In this document: positions 59,546 through 64,000 of the stretch, piece by piece
How positions within the stretch are numbered: the stretch's first letter is position 1
How the letters are laid out: the number at the start of each line of letters is the position of its first letter
DNA from: Spirochaetota bacterium
GTDB taxonomy: Bacteria > Spirochaetota > UBA4802 > UBA5550
Assembly (NCBI GenBank): GCA_963664815.2
Contig: CAXXHB010000003.1
Span: 3,904,001-3,968,000 of the forward strand
Length of the DNA stretch: 64,000 nt
Reading direction: 5' to 3'
Position numbers and translations under genes: made by a program
The notes under the pieces: generated by a model
Told to the model about the DNA's origin: nothing
Database searches by the model: none
Seen by the model: the letters and a program-made list of their open reading frames with translations, nothing else

Positions 59546-60730
59546 TTGTCGCAGAAATTTGATGAATTAATAAACAGGAAAAATACCGGTTCTGAGAAAT
59601 GGGATCACTGTGATAAAATTTTCGGAGGAGAAAATCTTCTCCCTCTATGGGTTGCCGACATGGACTTCCGTGTGCCGCGGGAAGTTATCAACGCTCTTAC
59701 AGAGAAATCCGAACATGGAATATTCGGCTACACATCATACATGGATTCCGCATACGAATCAGTTATAAACTGGTTTTCACGAAGGCACAGATGGAGCATA
59801 AATAAGGAGTGGATACTCTACTCACCCGGAGTTGTACCCGCACTTAATCTTATTGTACAGACATTTACCGATCCCAGCGACAGCGTAATCATTCAACGAC
59901 CGGTATATCATCCATTCATGAAAATAGTGGAAAATAACGAAAGGCGTATTCTTAACAACCCACTCTGCAAAAACAGCGCCGGGAACTATGAAATGGATTT
60001 TCCCGGTCTGGAAATACAAGCATCAAAATCTTCGGCACGGATGATGATTCTCTGCTCACCTCATAATCCGGTCGGAAGGGTTTGGACGGAGAATGAACTT
60101 AAAGAGGTTATCAGGATATGCAGAGATAACAACATCATTCTTGTTTCAGATGACATACACTGCGATCTCGTCTTTGACAGTTATAAACATATTCCACTAC
60201 AGACAATCGCCGGTGATTTCAGTAATAACATAATAACCTGCACAGCTCCGAGCAAAACATTCAACCTCGCAGGAGTGCAAATTTCTAACATTATTATCCC
60301 AGACGAAATTAAAAGAATAAAATTCCGGAGTGCGCTTCTGAAAGCAGGGATGTTTGAAACAAACAGCTTTGCCCCTGTCGCGATGGAAGCAGCTTATAAT
60401 TACGGTAACGAGTGGCTTGATGACCTGATTAAATATATATACAAAAATTATCAGTTTCTGAAAGAATTTGTACACAATGAATTGCGAGCAGCAGAAGTCG
60501 CACAGCTGCAGGGAACATACCTTGCATGGGTAGATTTCAGAAGATACGGGCTGAGCGTTAAGGAGCTTGATGAACTCTTTATAAAAAAAGCCCATGTTGC
60601 CCCAAGTCCCGGATATTTATTCGGTCCCGAGGGAGCAGGGTTTATGAGATTCAACCTCGCCTGCCCCGGATCAATACTTGAAGAGGGCATGAAAAGGATT
60701 GCCGCAACATTCGGTAATCTGCATCTCTAG
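59546..60730 (+). CDS. patB: MalY/PatB-family PLP-dependent cystathionine beta-lyase
   Basis: S.KW, LWVADMDF, CSPHNPVGRVW, SDDIH, PSKTFN; TTG start after AGGAGA. Confidence 0.93.
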   Translation: MSQKFDELINRKNTGSEKWDHCDKIFGGENLLPLWVADMDFRVPREVINALTEKSEHGIFGYTSYMDSAYESVINWFSRRHRWSINKEWILYSPGVVPALNLIVQTFTDPSDSVIIQRPVYHPFMKIVENNERRILNNPLCKNSAGNYEMDFPGLEIQASKSSARMMILCSPHNPVGRVWTENELKEVIRICRDNNIILVSDDIHCDLVFDSYKHIPLQTIAGDFSNNIITCTAPSKTFNLAGVQISNIIIPDEIKRIKFRSALLKAGMFETNSFAPVAMEAAYNYGNEWLDDLIKYIYKNYQFLKEFVHNELRAAEVAQLQGTYLAWVDFRRYGLSVKELDELFIKKAHVAPSPGYLFGPEGAGFMRFNLACPGSILEEGMKRIAATFGNLHL

Positions 60731-60874
60731 GGTTTAATTTCCACTTCCGGGGAGGTTGCAAACTTCCACTTGAAATGGTTGAATACCTGCGCCTGTGAAG
60801 ATAAACACAATTGAAAAAACAATCAACCCGACTGAAAAAGTGTCGAATCAGGTTTTAACTGGCAGTTTATACAC

Positions 60875-61327
60875 TCAACCCCCGCCGAAAAACGCAGACA
60901 CAGACTTAATCTTTTCAGCAAAGACCATTGAGAAAGAGATGTCAGTCAGTTTATAAGCTCCCCTCCCGGACTCATAGCTATATTCAAGAAAAAGATTATA
61001 TAAACCATTATCAGCAGAATCTTTCAGAGTTATCATGAATATATACAGATGACCGTCACGGATGTATTTAATTTTTTCCAGATCAAGGCCGTTTCTTTTA
61101 CTGTCGTACAAAAACAATCCAAACTTGTCAATAAGCCTCTCCCCTGAACTTCCGTCCTTAATGATCCCATCCATGCATCTTCTTATATCAGACTCCCTTT
61201 CGGGATTATTGGATATGATCTTTTTCAGGAAAAGTGATTTATAAGCGGAAAGTTCACCCTCACTCACATCAGCGAAAAGAGGTAGCGATATAAACAGGAT
61301 AAATAATGCCACAATGATATTTTTCAC
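60875..61327 (-). CDS. Exported hypothetical protein
   Basis: GTG start after GGAGA; signal peptide ending PLFA. Confidence 0.7.
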   Translation of the reverse strand: MKNIIVALFILFISLPLFADVSEGELSAYKSLFLKKIISNNPERESDIRRCMDGIIKDGSSGERLIDKFGLFLYDSKRNGLDLEKIKYIRDGHLYIFMITLKDSADNGLYNLFLEYSYESGRGAYKLTDISFSMVFAEKIKSVSAFFGGG

Positions 61328-61402
61328 TATATATTCTCCGCATTCAACTTCTTAGACGATTAATCCGATTATTATTATATCGGCAATCCTACTTCCGAAA
61401 AG

Positions 61403-63808
61403 ATGATTTTAATGAAAAAAAGAGATATAATCATATACATATCAATTATCATAATACTATTTTCACCCTTCGTCTACATTATATATGCATATAATTTAAG
61501 TTACAACATGTTCAGAAAATCTGAGAATATGCTGCAACCTCTTGCTACAAAAATATATGACAAAAATGGCGTGTTAATCTCGCACCTGTATGACGAGTAC
61601 AGAATATATGTTAAGATTGAAGAAATTCCCGACACAGTCATTAAATCATTTCTTGCAGCTGAGGACAGCTCCTTTTATACTCATACCGGGTTTGACATAG
61701 CCGGTATAACACGGGCGCTATTTATTGATCTTATAAGTGGAGAATTTAAACAGGGCGGATCGACCATTACACAGCAGCTTGCAAAACAGCTCTTTGCTGG
61801 TAAAAAGAAAAGCGTTAAAAGAAAACTTGTTGAACTGTTTCTTGCCAGGGAGTTTGAAAAAAAATACTCTAAAAATGAAATACTTGAGATGTACCTCAAT
61901 CAGATATATCTCGGGCATGGTGTATATGGTGTAAGCGCCGGGGCAGAATTTTATTTTCGCAAACCACTGAAGGATATTGATATAATTGAAGCGTCGCTGA
62001 TAGCAGGTATACCCTCGGCGCCTGAAAGGTTCTCGCCGCTGAAAAACCCCCAGGCTGCACATGACAGATCTCTTGGCATAATATTCAATCTTATTTCCTC
62101 CGGGTATATAAATAAACAGCAAGCTGCAGATAAATTCAATACTTTCTGGGATAATTACAGTGAGCGAATCAAAACAGAGTTCCCGGAAGCAGGTATCAGG
62201 AAAGACAGCTCAGACGAAGCCCAATGGTTCACCGAATATATCAGGAGAGAATTAATAACAAAATACGGCGAGGATCTGGTCTACAGGGGTGGGCTCAAAG
62301 TATACACTACACTCGATCTCGGATATCAGAAATCAGCCGAACTGATTCTCGGGAAATCACTGGAGCAACAGAACATTTATTCACATTCAGTCAACAGCAG
62401 CAAAATTTCAAAAATAGATTTTGATCTTGCAGGGAAATCAGCTGATAAAGAAAAAATCAGACCTGAAATAAAAAAAGAATACATAAACCATTCTGTAAAA
62501 TTCAGCAGGGAGTTTCTTGATACTCTTGCCGATGAGCTCCTTCTGATATCAATCCTTTCCGGTTCAGATCTTCCCGCCACGACGTTGACCCGGCATCTGG
62601 ATTTATATGAAAATATTATCCGCCAGGCACAGGCAGAAGGTGCTCTTATAGCACTCGATCCTTCAAGCGGTGGAATACTCGCGCTGGTCGGCGGAAGCAC
62701 TTTTAATCCTCTGAACCAGCTTAACAGGGCGATACAAAGCAGAAGACAACCCGGTTCCTCATTCAAAGCCTTCGTCTACGGAGCGGCTATTGAAAACAGA
62801 TGCATCACCGCAGCAACTCCGTTTTATGACTCTCCTATCATCTACCGTGGAGATAAGAAGTCATGGACTCCTTCCAATTATGACAGGGATTACTCCGGCA
62901 GAGTTCTGGCCCGCAGGGCTTTATCTCTCTCCCTTAATATAGTCTCGGCCAAAATTTACGATTTTACCGGCGGTGATAAAATTGCAAAGTTCGCATCAAA
63001 AATGACTGATGTTGAATATAAAAGATTCCAGCTGGATCCGACCCTCTCTCTGGGAACCACTGAACTCACACCGCTTGAGATGGCAAAGGGTTTCGCCGTT
63101 TACGCCAACAGTGGTGTGTCAATACCGGTTAAATCAATAATAAAAATTGAAGACAGATACGGTAAAGAATTACCGGGATTCACTGAAAAAAAAGAGTCAT
63201 CACGCGCAGTTTCCGAGCAGACAGCTTTTATAATGACCAGCATGATGAAGGATGTTGTCAACTCAGGTACGGCTTCATATGCCGTAAGAAAGGTTGCAGG
63301 ATTTAAACTACCCTGTGCCGGGAAGACAGGAACCAATACTGAGTTCAGAGATGCCTGGTTTATCGGTTACACTCCCGATATAGTCACAGCAGTATGGGTT
63401 GGATGCGACTCGCCGGAATATTCTCTTGGAAGAGGACAGAGCGGTGCTTCAGTTTCGGCGCCTATATGGGGAATGTTCATGAATGAAGTCTATAAAAACC
63501 GGCAGGCGGATGTCAAATTTCCGGTGAAGCCGGCAGGAGTGTCGGAAAGAAGAATCTGTTCAATTTCTGGAAACCTTGCCGACAACGGGTGTCCGGCCAG
63601 ATCTGAATATTTTATCCCCGGTACCGAGCCTGGCACAAAATGTGATGGCCTCCATGGGAAACTATCTAATATCAAAGAATTGATTAACAGGGAGAAAAAA
63701 ACCATATCCGGCAGGAACATCCCTAAACTTTTCGAAGACCGGGCAGAGGCAGAAAAAACTGAAAAAAATAATAATAATTCAGAACAGAGCTTTTTCTTTG
63801 ATGATTGA
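61403..63808 (+). CDS. Class A penicillin-binding protein (PBP1A family)
   Basis: Transglycosylase AED..FY.H.G, QGGSTITQQLAK, YLNQIYLG; transpeptidase S.FK, SLN, KTGT. Confidence 0.96.
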   Translation: MILMKKRDIIIYISIIIILFSPFVYIIYAYNLSYNMFRKSENMLQPLATKIYDKNGVLISHLYDEYRIYVKIEEIPDTVIKSFLAAEDSSFYTHTGFDIAGITRALFIDLISGEFKQGGSTITQQLAKQLFAGKKKSVKRKLVELFLAREFEKKYSKNEILEMYLNQIYLGHGVYGVSAGAEFYFRKPLKDIDIIEASLIAGIPSAPERFSPLKNPQAAHDRSLGIIFNLISSGYINKQQAADKFNTFWDNYSERIKTEFPEAGIRKDSSDEAQWFTEYIRRELITKYGEDLVYRGGLKVYTTLDLGYQKSAELILGKSLEQQNIYSHSVNSSKISKIDFDLAGKSADKEKIRPEIKKEYINHSVKFSREFLDTLADELLLISILSGSDLPATTLTRHLDLYENIIRQAQAEGALIALDPSSGGILALVGGSTFNPLNQLNRAIQSRRQPGSSFKAFVYGAAIENRCITAATPFYDSPIIYRGDKKSWTPSNYDRDYSGRVLARRALSLSLNIVSAKIYDFTGGDKIAKFASKMTDVEYKRFQLDPTLSLGTTELTPLEMAKGFAVYANSGVSIPVKSIIKIEDRYGKELPGFTEKKESSRAVSEQTAFIMTSMMKDVVNSGTASYAVRKVAGFKLPCAGKTGTNTEFRDAWFIGYTPDIVTAVWVGCDSPEYSLGRGQSGASVSAPIWGMFMNEVYKNRQADVKFPVKPAGVSERRICSISGNLADNGCPARSEYFIPGTEPGTKCDGLHGKLSNIKELINREKKTISGRNIPKLFEDRAEAEKTEKNNNNSEQSFFFDD

Positions 63809-63882
63809 TTATATTAGTTTACGATTGATCCCATTTTAAAATTTGACTTCGACTTCTCTTCGACAGCGTTAAACAATGCTCC

Positions 63883-64000
63883 ATGAAAGAAGCCGTAGAG
63901 CGTAAAATTGATTCTTTTTATAAAATAAAAGCAGTTCCGTCAAAACAACGGTACAAAACAAAATCCAATGGTGGTGAATATGCAGGTTTTCTGTTCAAAT
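63883..64000 (+). CDS. Possible 5' end of an ORF running off the window
   Basis: MKEAVERKIDSFYKIK... is open to the window end; no RBS or family recognised. Confidence 0.35.
   Translation, partial: MKEAVERKIDSFYKIKAVPSKQRYKTKSNGGEYAGFLFK

Noticed and set aside
60875-61327. C-terminal GGG suggesting a ubiquitin-like or sulfur-carrier protein
   Set aside because: It has a signal peptide and is 150 aa; no E1/ThiF partner is nearby.
1015-63720. Many antisense or overlapping ORFs in the track (e.g. 12307-12972, 42665-43351, 53092-53742, 28319-28882)
   Set aside because: They lie entirely within well-supported genes, with no motifs or RBS; shadow ORFs.
1-64000. Prophage, IS, integron, rRNA, tRNA or defence-system genes
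   Set aside because: No integrase, transposase, reverse transcriptase, structural phage or RNA-gene signatures recognised by eye; a tRNAscan/Infernal/DefenseFinder run would be needed to exclude them fully.

Overview
A gene-dense, AT-rich bacterial chromosome segment in the standard genetic code. It is probably from a free-living, Leptospira-related spirochaete; this is inferred from several multi-TM AraC regulators and spirochaete-like lipoprotein and PBP features. Housekeeping genes include rsmA, a TIGR03960/TIGR03936 radical SAM fusion, nadE, hisD, carA, cysteine synthase, potABCD, patB and PBP1A. Signalling genes include a c-type heme MCP, a STAS protein, an EAL protein and a HisKA_2 kinase. 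There is also a GT-C/flippase/GT2 trio and a lipid/acyl-CoA catabolism region at about 42-58.6 kb. I saw no rRNA, tRNA, CRISPR array, transposase or integrase. Most notable: (1) an 88-bp gap-free, loop-free imperfect palindrome (19860-19947) built from 11-bp phased repeats, overlapping the 3' end of a basic DUF6266-like/HMG-box-like gene and lying next to a decayed three-gene locus; (2) a non-acylating ALDH fused to an Fe-ADH (not AdhE) behind a membrane-anchored AraC, with a 32-bp-period direct repeat upstream; (3) a membrane-anchored LytTR one-component regulator with three 21-bp-phased LytTR-type boxes in front of an orphan lipoprotein; (4) a processive GT2 + PEGA gene pair resembling Patescibacteria genes; (5) several long intergenic hairpins and leader structures. 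Family assignments come from motif recognition by eye, not database searches.
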